Assembly (NCBI GenBank): GCA_039715015.1
Contig: JBDLIE010000004.1
Span: forward strand, 32,001 to 96,000
DNA length: 64,000 nucleotides
Origin: Thermodesulfobacteriota bacterium
GTDB lineage: Bacteria; Desulfobacterota; Desulfobulbia; Desulfobulbales; SURF-16
Direction of reading: 5' to 3'
Shown here piece by piece: positions 10,854-20,904 of the stretch; position 1 is the stretch's first letter; every line of letters begins with the position of its first letter. Under the pieces are notes generated by a model, which worked only from the letters and a program-made list of their open reading frames with translations, ran no database searches and was not told where the DNA came from. Both the position numbers and the translations under genes were made by a program.

Positions 10854-11327
10854 ATGAAATGCCCATACTGCGGTCATCTGGAAAATAAGGTGGTTGATTC
10901 CCGGCTCAACAAAGAATACACCATTACCCGCCGGCGCCGGAAATGTGAGGACTGCGAACGTAGATTTACCACCTATGAGCGTTTGGAAGTCACCATGCCC
11001 ATGCTCATTAAAAAGGATGGTCGCCGGGAGGCATGGGAACGCAGTAAGGTGGTTGACGGACTTAAAAAGGCCTGTGAGAAAAGACCGGTTTCCATGAGCC
11101 AAATCGAAGAATTTGTTGATGCCCTGGAGCGTGATCTCCAGGATATGGGTGAACGGGAAATCCCTGTGAAGCTGGTTGGGGCCAGGATCATGGATGGTCT
11201 ACGCAAACTTGACGAAGTGGCTTACGTACGTTTTGCTTCTGTTTATCGTCAGTTTAAGGACCTTAACGAGTTTATGGATGAGCTGAAAGGTTTGCTCGGG
11301 GCCAAGGAAGATGAGGCCAGCGACTGA
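10854..11327 (+). CDS. nrdR: Transcriptional repressor NrdR
   Basis: MKCPYC, RRRRKC..C..RFTTYE, ATP cone, [10 protein letters not shown]. Confidence 0.97.
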   Translation: MKCPYCGHLENKVVDSRLNKEYTITRRRRKCEDCERRFTTYERLEVTMPMLIKKDGRREAWERSKVVDGLKKACEKRPVSMSQIEEFVDALERDLQDMGEREIPVKLVGARIMDGLRKLDEVAYVRFASVYRQFKDLNEFMDELKGLLGAKEDEASD

Positions 11328-12420
11328 TTTAGATCTGCCTTTTATGAAGCAGGCCCTTAAACTTGCCCGAAAGGCCATGGGCCGCACCTCGCCTAATCCT
11401 CTTGTCGGGGCGGTGGTGGTGAAAAACGGCAAGGTTATCGGCCAGGGCTATCACAGCAAGGCTGGCACTCCCCATGCAGAGGTTCATGCCTTGCAGGCAG
11501 CCGGTAAAAAGGCAAAAGGGGCGACCATTTATGTCACCCTTGAGCCTTGTAACCATACTGGTAAGACACCTCCCTGCACCAAAACTATTGTGGCGTCCGG
11601 TATTGCCAGGGTGGTGGTCGGTATGGTGGACCCAAATCCCTTAGTTGCCGGCAGCGGTTGCCGCTATCTTGAGAGCCAAGGGGTGGAGGTTGCCGGTGAA
11701 TTGCTGGCAGAGGAATGCCGGGCCATTAATCGGCCTTTTATCAAGCATATAACCACGGGGTTGCCCTGGGTTATTATGAAGGCCGGTTGCAGTCTTGATG
11801 GTCGCATTGCTGTGGCTGATGGCCGCTGCGCCTGGATAACAGGCGAGGAATCCCGCCGGGAGGTCCACCGCCTGCGAGATCGGGTTGATGCTATCTTGGT
11901 GGGAGTTGACACTGCCATTAACGATAATCCCTCCCTGACCACCCGCCTTTCTGGTCGGAGGGGGCATGATCCCCTGCGGATTGTTTTAGATAGTGCCTTG
12001 CGCATGTCGCCCCAGGCCGGGATGCTTAAGCAGGATTCAGCAGCGCCAACTTGGATTTTTTGCAGCGCCAAAGCAGATAAAGGCAGACGCCAGGCCTTGC
12101 AGGATGCCGGCGCCCGGGTCATGGAAGTGACTGAAAAGGCAGGCAGGCTTGATTTACATAAGGTCCTAGAAATTTTGGGCAAAAAAGGAGTGAACAGTCT
12201 CCTGGTTGAGGGTGGCAGTGCGGTCCACACTTCTTTTTTGAAAGAAGAATTGGTGGATCAGGTCAGCCTTTTCATGGCGCCACTTTTCCTTGGCAACGAG
12301 TCTATCCCGGTGGTGGGTGACTTGGCCGTATCAGAGGTCGGGGAAGGACGCCGTTTTCAGACCAGCCGGGTGAAACGTTTTGGTGCCGATGTCCTGGTTG
12401 AGGGCTTTTTTAGCCCCTAG
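11311..12420 (+). CDS. ribD: Bifunctional riboflavin deaminase/reductase RibD
   Basis: [30 protein letters not shown]. Confidence 0.96.
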   Translation: MRPATDLDLPFMKQALKLARKAMGRTSPNPLVGAVVVKNGKVIGQGYHSKAGTPHAEVHALQAAGKKAKGATIYVTLEPCNHTGKTPPCTKTIVASGIARVVVGMVDPNPLVAGSGCRYLESQGVEVAGELLAEECRAINRPFIKHITTGLPWVIMKAGCSLDGRIAVADGRCAWITGEESRREVHRLRDRVDAILVGVDTAINDNPSLTTRLSGRRGHDPLRIVLDSALRMSPQAGMLKQDSAAPTWIFCSAKADKGRRQALQDAGARVMEVTEKAGRLDLHKVLEILGKKGVNSLLVEGGSAVHTSFLKEELVDQVSLFMAPLFLGNESIPVVGDLAVSEVGEGRRFQTSRVKRFGADVLVEGFFSP

Positions 12421-12465
12421 AGATTTGAGAAAGATAGGACGCGACGTCCTGCAGGTAGGAAACGA

Positions 12466-13125
12466 ATGTTTACAGGAATTATTCAAGGCAAGGGTCGTCT
12501 CCTTGAGAAAAGACCCGGTGGTGGCGGCATGATCTTTGTGGTCGAGGCCGATTTTGACTTGCCTGATCCAGAAGAGGGCGAGTCCATTGCCTGTAACGGT
12601 GTTTGTCTTACTGCCAAAGAAATCAAGGGACGCCGCTTTGCAGTTGATGTTTCCCCTGAGAGTCTTTCCCGAACAAATTTAGGAGAAAAATCAACCGGCT
12701 CTTTACTTAACCTGGAACGTGCCTTACGGTTAAGCGATCGTTTGGGGGGACATATGGTCAGCGGCCATGTCGATGGCGTCTCACGTGTCCTTTCCAGAAA
12801 GCCTGAGGGTGACTTTGTCCGCTTTGTGTTTGAGATCCCCAAAGGGTGTGGCCGTTATATCATAGAGAAGGGCTCCATCACCATTGATGGCATCAGTCTG
12901 ACGGTGAATGGCTGTGATGCCTCCACCTTTAATGTTGCTATTATTCCCCACACCCTGGAGGTAACCAGTCTGGGGGCGCTTAATCAGGGGGCAGAGGTCA
13001 ATATCGAGGTTGATCTCATTGGTAAGTATGTTGAAAAATTACTCTCTGCTAAAAGTGAGGAAGGGAGAAGTGCCGGATCCGGCATTAACCCGGCTTTTTT
13101 GGCGGAAAATGGTTTTTTGAAATAA
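12466..13125 (+). CDS. ribE: Riboflavin synthase alpha chain
   Basis: MFTGII, NGVCLT, GGHMVSGHVD, KGSITIDGISLT. Confidence 0.96.
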   Translation: MFTGIIQGKGRLLEKRPGGGGMIFVVEADFDLPDPEEGESIACNGVCLTAKEIKGRRFAVDVSPESLSRTNLGEKSTGSLLNLERALRLSDRLGGHMVSGHVDGVSRVLSRKPEGDFVRFVFEIPKGCGRYIIEKGSITIDGISLTVNGCDASTFNVAIIPHTLEVTSLGALNQGAEVNIEVDLIGKYVEKLLSAKSEEGRSAGSGINPAFLAENGFLK

Positions 13126-13174
13126 TAATATGAACACCGGATAACGGTGTCCGCAAAATAAATAGGTAAGTTGT

Positions 13175-14383
13175 ATGGCTGTAAGTTCCATCGAAGAAGC
13201 TATTGAAGATATTAGGGCCGGGAAAATGATCATCCTGGTTGATGATGAAGACCGGGAGAATGAAGGGGACCTTTTTATGGCCGCCCAGATGACCACCCCG
13301 GATGCCGTCAATTTTATGGCAACCCATGGCCGCGGTCTCATCTGCCTGACTCTCACCCCGGAGCATCTGGAGAGTTTACAGATCCCGATGATGGTGCGTG
13401 ATAACACCTCGCCCTTTGAAACGGCTTTTACTGTTTCTATTGAGGCCAGAACAGGCGTAACCACTGGTATTTCCGCCGCAGACCGGGCTCGGACTATCCA
13501 GGTAGCTGTTGCCCAGGATGTTAAACCTTCTGACCTGGTCAGCCCCGGCCATATCTTTCCTCTCCGGGCCCGGCGGGGCGGGGTGCTGGTGCGTACCGGC
13601 CAGACCGAAGGCTCTGTAGATCTCTGCCGCCTGGCTGGACTTACTCCTGCCGGGGTCATCTGTGAGATTATGAAGGAAGACGGTACCATGGCCCGCATGC
13701 CTGATCTTGAGGTCTTTGCCAAGGAGCATGATCTGAAGATTGTCACCATCGCAGATCTTATTGCCTACCGAATGCAGAAGGACACTCTGGTCCATCGCGC
13801 TGCCGAGACCAAGATGCCCACCCGGTTTGGTGGTGAGTTTAAGGCTGTGGTTTATACCAACGACGTTGATAGTTTTGAGCATATTGCCCTTGTTAAGGGT
13901 GATATCTCTGAGGATGAGCCTGTTTTGGTCCGCGTCCATTCCGAGTGCTTGACTGGTGATGCCTTTGGCTCCATGCGCTGTGACTGCGGAAGCCAGCTCC
14001 ATGCTGCCATGCAGATGGTGGGCCGGGAAGGCACGGGTATCATTCTCTATATGCACCAGGAAGGCCGCGGCATTGGTCTTGTCAATAAGATCAAGGCCTA
14101 TGCCCTTCAGGATGACGGCATGGATACGGTGGAGGCCAACCTTGAGCTTGGTTTCAAGGCCGATCTGCGTGATTATGGCATCGGCGCCCAGATCCTCCGT
14201 GACCTCGGGGTGCGCAAGATGAAGATCATGACAAATAATCCCAAAAAGATTGTTGGCCTTGAAGGGTACGGTATCGAGGTTGTTGATCGGGTGGCTATCG
14301 AGTCTGATCCCGTTCCCGAGAATTTAGGCTATCTGCAGTGTAAACGTGATAAAATGGGACACCTGCTGGAGTTTGACGACTAG
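13175..14383 (+). CDS. ribBA: Bifunctional DHBP synthase/GTP cyclohydrolase II
   Basis: DDEDRENEGD, RVHSECLTGD, RCDCG, QEGRGIG. Confidence 0.97.
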   Translation: MAVSSIEEAIEDIRAGKMIILVDDEDRENEGDLFMAAQMTTPDAVNFMATHGRGLICLTLTPEHLESLQIPMMVRDNTSPFETAFTVSIEARTGVTTGISAADRARTIQVAVAQDVKPSDLVSPGHIFPLRARRGGVLVRTGQTEGSVDLCRLAGLTPAGVICEIMKEDGTMARMPDLEVFAKEHDLKIVTIADLIAYRMQKDTLVHRAAETKMPTRFGGEFKAVVYTNDVDSFEHIALVKGDISEDEPVLVRVHSECLTGDAFGSMRCDCGSQLHAAMQMVGREGTGIILYMHQEGRGIGLVNKIKAYALQDDGMDTVEANLELGFKADLRDYGIGAQILRDLGVRKMKIMTNNPKKIVGLEGYGIEVVDRVAIESDPVPENLGYLQCKRDKMGHLLEFDD

Positions 14384-14437
14384 CTAGCCCCTTGAATTTG
14401 CAATAATCCACCGCCAGCAAATACAGAAGTCTATGAA

Positions 14438-14487
14438 TATAGGCACAGAAGCCACTAAATTAAAACAATCAGAATTCCGTGCCTATA
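14438..14487. repeat. Intergenic inverted repeat between ribBA and ribH
   Basis: TATAGGCACAGAA (14438-14450) and TTCCGTGCCTATA (14475-14487), 12/13 complementary. Confidence 0.55.
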
Positions 14488-14578
14488 AGAAAAGAGTACG
14501 AGTTCACCAGGCGCTATTTTTTCAGGAAAAGCCCGAACTGTAAGAAATTATTGATTAATCCCTCTCAGGAGAGAAGTA

Positions 14579-15043
14579 ATGGCAAAATATATTGAAGGAA
14601 ATTTAAGCGCTGGCGGAAAAAAGTTCGGCATCATTGTCGCTCGTTTTAATAGTTTTATTGGCGAACGTCTCCTGGAAGGGGCTATGGATTCCCTGGTTCG
14701 CTCCGGTGCCAGTGACGATGATATTGAGGTTCTCCGTGTCCCTGGCGCCTACGAGATCCCCCTTGTTGCCCAGAAGATGGCAAAGTCGGGGCGCTATGAC
14801 GCGGTGATCTGCCTTGGCGCCGTTATCCGCGGGGCAACGCCACATTTTGATTTTGTTGCCAATGAGGCAGCCAAGGGTATCGCCATGGCAAGCATGGAGG
14901 CGGATCTTCCCATCATTTTTGGTATCCTCACCACAGATACCATTGAGCAAGCTATTGAGCGGGCCGGAACCAAGGCTGGTAATAAAGGTGCAGACTGCGC
15001 AATGACGGCCATTGAAATGGTCAACCTCCTTGCCCAGTTTTAA
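14579..15043 (+). CDS. ribH: 6,7-dimethyl-8-ribityllumazine synthase
   Basis: [33 protein letters not shown]. Confidence 0.97.
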   Translation: MAKYIEGNLSAGGKKFGIIVARFNSFIGERLLEGAMDSLVRSGASDDDIEVLRVPGAYEIPLVAQKMAKSGRYDAVICLGAVIRGATPHFDFVANEAAKGIAMASMEADLPIIFGILTTDTIEQAIERAGTKAGNKGADCAMTAIEMVNLLAQF

Positions 15044-15127
15044 GATTCTTATTTTAGGGAACATTCGAAGGGCGCGTCGATTTTACGATTGGCGGGTCCT
15101 TTCTGTTTTTTGTGGCCATTGAAAAAT

Positions 15128-15541
15128 ATGAAAGGATTACGTAATAAAGCCCGGGAGCTTGCCCTGCAATGTCTCTACCAGATTGACCAGAGCGGCAATC
15201 CGGATGCCGATATTGAGCTCATCCGCCAAAATTTTCAGGCCACCAAGAAGGCCGTTGATTATGGTAACGAGCTGGTCAGCGGCGTCAAGAGTAACCTTGA
15301 TGAAATTGACGCCCTCATCAAGGTCCATGCCGACAACTGGAAGGTCAGCAGAATGGCGGTTGTCGACCGCAATATTCTGCGGATCGCCTTTTATGAAATG
15401 CTTCATTGCTCAGATGTGCCGGACGCCGTAGCGGTCAATGAGGCAGTTGAAATTGCCAAACGTTTCAGCACCGATGAAGCACCGGCCTTTATTAACGGTA
15501 TCTTGGACGCCTTTTGTAAGACCAGGCCCGGTGATAAATAA
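15128..15541 (+). CDS. nusB: Transcription antitermination factor NusB (start ATG 15128)
   Basis: RNKARELALQ, DRNILR, NEAVEIAK, FINGILD; follows ribH. Confidence 0.95.
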   Translation: MKGLRNKARELALQCLYQIDQSGNPDADIELIRQNFQATKKAVDYGNELVSGVKSNLDEIDALIKVHADNWKVSRMAVVDRNILRIAFYEMLHCSDVPDAVAVNEAVEIAKRFSTDEAPAFINGILDAFCKTRPGDK

Positions 15542-15613
15542 GCGGAGTAAAAAGATTCATACTGTCCCCGCCCTGTTTTTTCACCACCCCAAAAAATAAC
15601 AAGAAGAGGATGA

Positions 15614-17788
15614 ATGGCAACTCGCGACGCACAGGAAAATCTTGGTAGTGAATTTCGGCCCCACTTTGGCTTGGAGGTCATTGCTGTCCTCGGCCTTGTT
15701 GTTTCTCTTTTTTTTCTCCTTTCTCTGGTCAGCTTTTCTGTGCCCGGTAGCGCCAATGAAATCGCTAACTGGGGCGGTGCTGTGGGCCAGCTTTTGGCCA
15801 CGGCCCTCATGAGTTTTCTCGGTTTTTCTTCGTTTTGGATACCCTTTCTTCTTATTCTCCTCTCCCTGTCACTCTTTGTACCTGATGCCATAGTTAAACG
15901 GCTCCCCTATATCTGCTTGGGGTGCACAGGTCTCATGGTGGCAAGCTCTACAATGCTTGCGGCCATCGGTCTCCAGGAGATATCGTTGCTTGACCGGGTC
16001 TATCCCCTCGGCGGCTATCTGGGCAATAAGGTCTATGGCCTGACAGCCGCCTATTTCGGCGGGCCGGGCGCGGTGCTTTTTTCCTCTGCTGTTTTTTTTC
16101 TCTCCTTCATGCTGCTTTTGCGTTTTTCTCCCTATCTTGTTTCCAAATGGATTGTTTCGAGCATTAAGGGGATCTGGATCTTTTGGCAGGCCAGGAGAAT
16201 GGATCATGATGTTGAACAAAGCATGCTTGTTGCTGAGGAGAAACCAAAAGCCAAGAAGGCCAGAGCCCGTAAGAAAAAAGAAGTGTCCCCAGATGGGCCT
16301 CGTATCTTGCCTGCTGTGAAAGAACCAATCCGTCTAAGCGTACAGGACGATGATAAGGAATTTGAACCAGTGGTTGTTGAGCCGGGCGAATACCAATTGC
16401 CAACCCTGACTTTACTCGACAAGCCGGTCGTTGACGAAATTGTTGTTGAAAAGGAGCATTACCTCTCGGTGAGCATGCTCCTTGAGGCCAAGCTCGATGA
16501 GTTTGGGGTGCGGGGTAAGGTAACCGGTATTTCCCCTGGGCCGGTGATTACCACCTATGAGTTTGAACCAGCTGCCGGTGTTAAGATAAACAAGGTTGTT
16601 TCCCTGGCCGATGATCTGGCCTTGGTCTTAAAAGCAGAGAGTGTGCGGGTGGTGGGATCCATTCCCGGTAAGGCCGCAATTGGCATTGAAATTCCCAACC
16701 CCAGCCGGCAGATCGTCTTTGTTCGTGACCTCATGGCCACCCCTAAGTTCCAGCAGGCCCACTCCATGCTTACTCTGGGTCTTGGCATGGATGTTGTCGG
16801 GAACCCGGTTACTGCTGATCTTGCCAAGATGCCCCATCTGCTTATCGCTGGTGCCACCGGTGCCGGTAAAAGTGTGGCCATTAACACCATTATCTGTTCC
16901 ATCCTCATGCGGGCCACCCCTGAAGAGGTGCGCCTGCTCATGGTTGACCCAAAGAGGATCGAGCTTTCAACCTATGAAGGTATACCCCACCTCCTTCATC
17001 CTGTGGTGGTGGACCCGAAGATGGCAAGCAGGGCCTTGCAATGGGCTGTTAAAGAGATGGAGCGCCGCTATTCTCTTATGGAGGAGGAGCGGGTCAAAAG
17101 CTTTGTCTCCTATAATGAAAGCGCAGAAGAAAAGCTGCCGCTCATTGTTATCATTATTGATGAGCTGGCTGACCTGATGATGGTCTCCTCCAAAGATGTT
17201 GAGGGCTCTGTGGCGCGTCTGGCTCAAATGGCCAGGGCTGCCGGAATGCATCTCATCCTTGCCACCCAGCGACCCTCTGTTGATGTTCTAACCGGCCTGA
17301 TTAAAGCTAATTTCCCCACCAGGATGTCCTTTAAGGTTTCCTCCAAGATCGATTCCCGCACCATCTTAGATACCTCAGGGGCCGAACATCTCCTCGGTGC
17401 TGGTGATATGCTCTTTCTGCCCCCCGGGACCGCACGCTTGCAGCGCATCCATGGGGCTTACATCTCAGAAAAAGAAACGGAACGTATTGTTGAATTCCTA
17501 AAGAGTCAAGGAACGGTCTCATATGATGAGGAGATCATTAAATCCGTTGAGGATGAGCCCGGTATCGCCGGTCTTGACGGTGAGGAATATGACGAGAAGT
17601 ATGATGAGGCCGTGTCCATAGTCTGCGAGACCGGCCAGGCCTCTATCTCGGCTGTTCAGCGGCGGCTGCGTATCGGCTATAATAGGGCGGCCCGGATCAT
17701 TGAAACCATGGAACGTGAAGGCATTGTCGGTCCGGCCGACGGCGCCAAGCCTCGAGAGGTCCTGGCCCGGCGCAGCTATGACGAGTAG
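15614..17788 (+). CDS. ftsK: DNA translocase FtsK
   Basis: N-terminal TM region, PHLLIAGATGAGKS, IIDELAD, ATQRPSVDV, gamma domain QRRLRIGYNRAARII. Confidence 0.97.
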   Translation: MATRDAQENLGSEFRPHFGLEVIAVLGLVVSLFFLLSLVSFSVPGSANEIANWGGAVGQLLATALMSFLGFSSFWIPFLLILLSLSLFVPDAIVKRLPYICLGCTGLMVASSTMLAAIGLQEISLLDRVYPLGGYLGNKVYGLTAAYFGGPGAVLFSSAVFFLSFMLLLRFSPYLVSKWIVSSIKGIWIFWQARRMDHDVEQSMLVAEEKPKAKKARARKKKEVSPDGPRILPAVKEPIRLSVQDDDKEFEPVVVEPGEYQLPTLTLLDKPVVDEIVVEKEHYLSVSMLLEAKLDEFGVRGKVTGISPGPVITTYEFEPAAGVKINKVVSLADDLALVLKAESVRVVGSIPGKAAIGIEIPNPSRQIVFVRDLMATPKFQQAHSMLTLGLGMDVVGNPVTADLAKMPHLLIAGATGAGKSVAINTIICSILMRATPEEVRLLMVDPKRIELSTYEGIPHLLHPVVVDPKMASRALQWAVKEMERRYSLMEEERVKSFVSYNESAEEKLPLIVIIIDELADLMMVSSKDVEGSVARLAQMARAAGMHLILATQRPSVDVLTGLIKANFPTRMSFKVSSKIDSRTILDTSGAEHLLGAGDMLFLPPGTARLQRIHGAYISEKETERIVEFLKSQGTVSYDEEIIKSVEDEPGIAGLDGEEYDEKYDEAVSIVCETGQASISAVQRRLRIGYNRAARIIETMEREGIVGPADGAKPREVLARRSYDE

Positions 17789-17953
17789 CCAGCCCGAATG
17801 TTCGAGTCCAATCGCCTTTAACAAAAAACTTTCTTGAGGCCGTGACAGTTCTGTAATAATTATGCTTTGCTTTTGTTCTGGGAAAATTTGCAAGATTAAG
17901 CTTGTGAACTTTGACTTGCTATCTGCCTTGCCATGATCAATCGCCTCATGCTC

Positions 17954-18405
17954 CCCTTATAAAAAATTCCAGATGGCCCGCTACTGCTACTATGGCTGGT
18001 ACTCGAACCGCATGCGAGGAGACAGGAATAAAGCGACACTGCTAGCCGAAGCAGACAGAAGAGGGGAGAAGCGGGCTTGAAGTGATTGATGCCTCTGGCT
18101 ACAAACCGCACCGTATCCCATCTCCTAACTGGCGGGAATGTATCAAAAAGATATGGGAGGTGGATCCTCTTGAGTGCCCAGACTGCCAGGCAGAAATGAA
18201 GATTGTCAGCTTTATCACCGACAACAGGGTGATTCGGAAAATTTTGACTTATTTGTACCTATGGCGAGAGCAGCCTTCCCGCAGACCGCCTGCCAGGGCC
18301 GGGCCGGAATGTAACTTTCAGCTATTATTCAAGGAGACAGCGTACAACGAGCTTAATGATGAAGGCTGGCCAGGACATGATGAGCCGTATACCACCTATG
18401 ATTGA
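17954..18405 (+). pseudogene. IS91-family (Y2 HUH) transposase C-terminal remnant, frameshifted
   Basis: One frame reads PYKKFQMARYCYYGWYSNRMRG; the shifted frame reads WRECIKKIWEVDPLECPDCQAEMKIVSFI..VIRKIL. Both resemble IS91-type C-termini (recalled, not searched). Confidence 0.7.
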
Positions 18406-18701
18406 GGCCGGGATAAGGCGGTATGGTGAAGTCTATGCCTGCCTTTCCATGATGAATATACTTTAGAAGCAGCCTGTTGCTCATTGCGGAGTGAAAAGAT
18501 CCAGCCAACAACATGCAGCTAATGGCAGTGTTGCATGATATAGGGTTTAAATACATATACTGTATGAACAGGGTGCACTTGCCAAAGTGAATAAAGAGTC
18601 CCGAAACAGCCAGGGTGGGCGGACGAAGTACTGGTTTTCTCTCCCCCTCCCCCTTGCTTGCCACCCGCTGAAAAGCGATTTCTTATCACCTCACCTATCA
18701 C

Positions 18702-19505
18702 CTATTCACGAACCAGTGATGCGTAGACCCAGCCTTTGGTGCCATCCGAGGTCTTAATCCGATACCAAGCGCCTTTTTTATCCACGATCTTCAGCTTATC
18801 GCCCTGTCTGGCAGTTGCGACAACAGCTGAGCTGGTTGAGTTTGAGGCCCTGATGTTTGCCGTCGGTCGCGCCACTGTGACTGTTTTGGTGCCGATGTTT
18901 GTCAGACCACCCTGCAGGGATGGCGCCAATGCACTCCCCATGACGACGAGAAGTCCTACGATGAGTAGGGAACGATAGAGTTCGACAGTGACGAATCGTT
19001 TTACTCCGACCCTGTTGAGCACCGAATAGGCAACGACACCGCCAGCGATGCTCACCAACCAGAAGAGAAGGGGCGTCCCCATGACACGCAGGGTTATGAC
19101 GGCCACGAAAAAAAGAAACAATGACGGCACGAGAATCTTCATATCTTCCTTCATCTGCGGTTCTGAGAAGAAGGATGTGATACTGGCCCAAAACGATAAA
19201 GCCCCGGACTCATGTGCACGCCGCGCCATGTGCGCCGTGTGCAGTTCATTCAGTTTCTTGTCGATCTCTTGGAGCTGGCTCAACGCCTGCCGGGCCTGTT
19301 CCGTGTGTTCACTGATATCGCTGGTGCAATGGGGGCACTTGTTTGCATTGACGTGCACCAGGGTGGCACAGGCCGGGCAGGGAGTTTTGTCCTGCTTTCT
19401 TATGTTGGCCTTCTTATACGCCAGCAGACGGTTTGCCTCCTCCTGGAGGGCCGCGTACTGATTGTCTGCCTCTTTTTGACCTTGATCTTGATCCAGGGTA
19501 CTCAT
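18702..19505 (-). CDS. Membrane protein with N-terminal zinc ribbon, ~3 TM helices and C-terminal SH3b domain
   Basis: CPAC..CPHC; hydrophobic segments; ANIRASNSTSSAVVATA..G.WYRIK..G..GWV. Confidence 0.75.
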   Translation of the reverse strand: MSTLDQDQGQKEADNQYAALQEEANRLLAYKKANIRKQDKTPCPACATLVHVNANKCPHCTSDISEHTEQARQALSQLQEIDKKLNELHTAHMARRAHESGALSFWASITSFFSEPQMKEDMKILVPSLFLFFVAVITLRVMGTPLLFWLVSIAGGVVAYSVLNRVGVKRFVTVELYRSLLIVGLLVVMGSALAPSLQGGLTNIGTKTVTVARPTANIRASNSTSSAVVATARQGDKLKIVDKKGAWYRIKTSDGTKGWVYASLVRE

Positions 19506-19763
19506 GGGTTTTCTTCACCTCTGTACTTGGCGGCGCCTATAGCCGCGTATGTGTTGGAAACATCCCTTGCAGGACGGCTGCACCGCTTTTTAACTGATAG
19601 CCAACAAAAGCGTTTGATAGGCAAAGGGTCTGGCTATTTCGTTGATACCTAAGCTATAAATTTTACTAAACTCTAACCTTAAGTTATTTTATTAACATCT
19701 CACAAAAAACAATATCATACATCACATCACCACCGCCTGCTACAAAATTCAAAGGGGTTGTTC

Positions 19764-19781
19764 AAAGGGGTCAGGTCTTGA
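19764..19781. repeat. Left inverted end of the RAYT element
   Basis: AAAGGGGTCAGGTCTTGA is the exact reverse complement of TCAAGACCTGACCCCTTT at 20676-20693. Confidence 0.85.
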
Positions 19782-19806
19782 GATATCACATTTCTTCTGG
19801 TAGAAT
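19778..19806 (+). promoter_or_regulatory. Sigma70-like promoter of the RAYT gene
   Basis: TTGAGA-17 bp-TAGAAT with TG extension; ATG 9 nt downstream, no SD. Confidence 0.55.
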
Positions 19807-19815
19807 CACTCCATT

Positions 19816-20664
19816 ATGGCCCGTCCACTTCGTTTAGAATTTGCTGGTGCAATTTATCACATCACCTCTCGTGGTAATGCAAGGGATGACATCTACCTTG
19901 GCGATGCAGACAGGCGTGCTTTTCTCGCAATTCTTGCTCGCACCGTTGACCGCTATAACTGGCTTTGTCATGCCTATTGCTTGATGGATAACCACTATCA
20001 CTTGCTCATCGAAACCCTTGATCCGAACCTTTCTTTAGGGATGCGTCAGTTGAACGGCATCTACACCCAGACATATAACCGCAATCACAAAAGAGTGGGG
20101 CATGTTTTCCAGGGGAGATTTAAATCAATTCTCGTTGAAAAGGGAGAACATCTCCTAGAGCTTTGTCGGTACATTGTTTTGAACCCTGTAAAGGCTGGCA
20201 TGGTTGAAAAGCCTGAACAATATCAGTGGAGTAGCTATAAAGAGACGGTCACCAATGGGAATGATAGTGCAAGTTTTTTGACCACCGAATGGGTGTTGGG
20301 CCAGTTTTCAAGTAATCGTGCAGAGGCACAAAAAAGATATACGGATTTTGTCCATGATGGTCTTACCACGCCAAAAAGTCCTTGGGAGCTTCTCCGGGGC
20401 CAGGTTTTTTTGGGGAGCGCCCAGTTTATAGCCAAAATGCAGGAGAAATTGGGAGAGAAAAAGGAGATAGGAGAAATTCCAAGGGAGCAAAGGTATCCAG
20501 GACGACCTAGCTTGAAATCTCTCTTTGCTGGGACAACCAACAGGCAAGATCGGAACGAAAAAATAAAAACAGCTCACATCGAGTATGGCTATACCCATAA
20601 ACAGATCGCCGATGAACTAGAGCTCCACTACACCACAATTAGCAGAGTAATAAATATGCGCTGA
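19816..20664 (+). mobile_element. REP-associated tyrosine transposase (RAYT, Y1 HUH) with C-terminal HTH
   Basis: MARPLR..YHITSRGN, YCLMDNHYHLL (HUH), GHVFQGRFKS, RYIVLNPVKAG, YQWSSY; HTH YTHKQIADELELHYTTISR. Confidence 0.9.
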
Positions 20665-20903
20665 GGTGTTATAATTCAAGACCTGACCCCTTTCGCAAGT
20701 GGACCCCTTTCAGATCGCCGATGAACTAGAGCTCCACTACACCACAATTAGCAGAGTAATAAATATGCGCTGAGGTGTTATAATTCAAGACCTGACCCCT
20801 TTCCCAATGATAAATATGCGCTGAGGTGTTATAATTCAAGACCTGACCCCTTTCCCAATGAGGTGTTATAATTCAAGACCTGGCCCCTTTCCGACCCTTT
20901 CCC
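20602..20903 (+). repeat. Nested, progressively shorter direct copies of the RAYT right end
   Basis: 93 bp 20602-20694 repeated exactly at 20711-20803; shorter copies at ~20810-20854 and ~20859-20892; GACCC(C)TTTC fragments at ~20702 and ~20893. Confidence 0.9.
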
Positions 20904-20904
20904 T

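Noticed and set aside
13039..14056. Long antisense ORFs over ribBA (and similar ones over ntrY, selB, glyA)
   Set aside because: Shadow frames of well-supported genes, with no independent signals.
14384..14578. FMN riboswitch in the rib operon
   Set aside because: No recognisable RFN conserved segments.
18560..18572. LexA box-like CTGTATGAACAG
   Set aside because: Spacer is 4 nt rather than the 8 nt of CTGT-N8-ACAG, and no gene start is nearby.
20602..20903. CRISPR-like array
   Set aside because: Repeats are nested copies of the transposase end with unequal lengths and no unique spacers; no cas genes.
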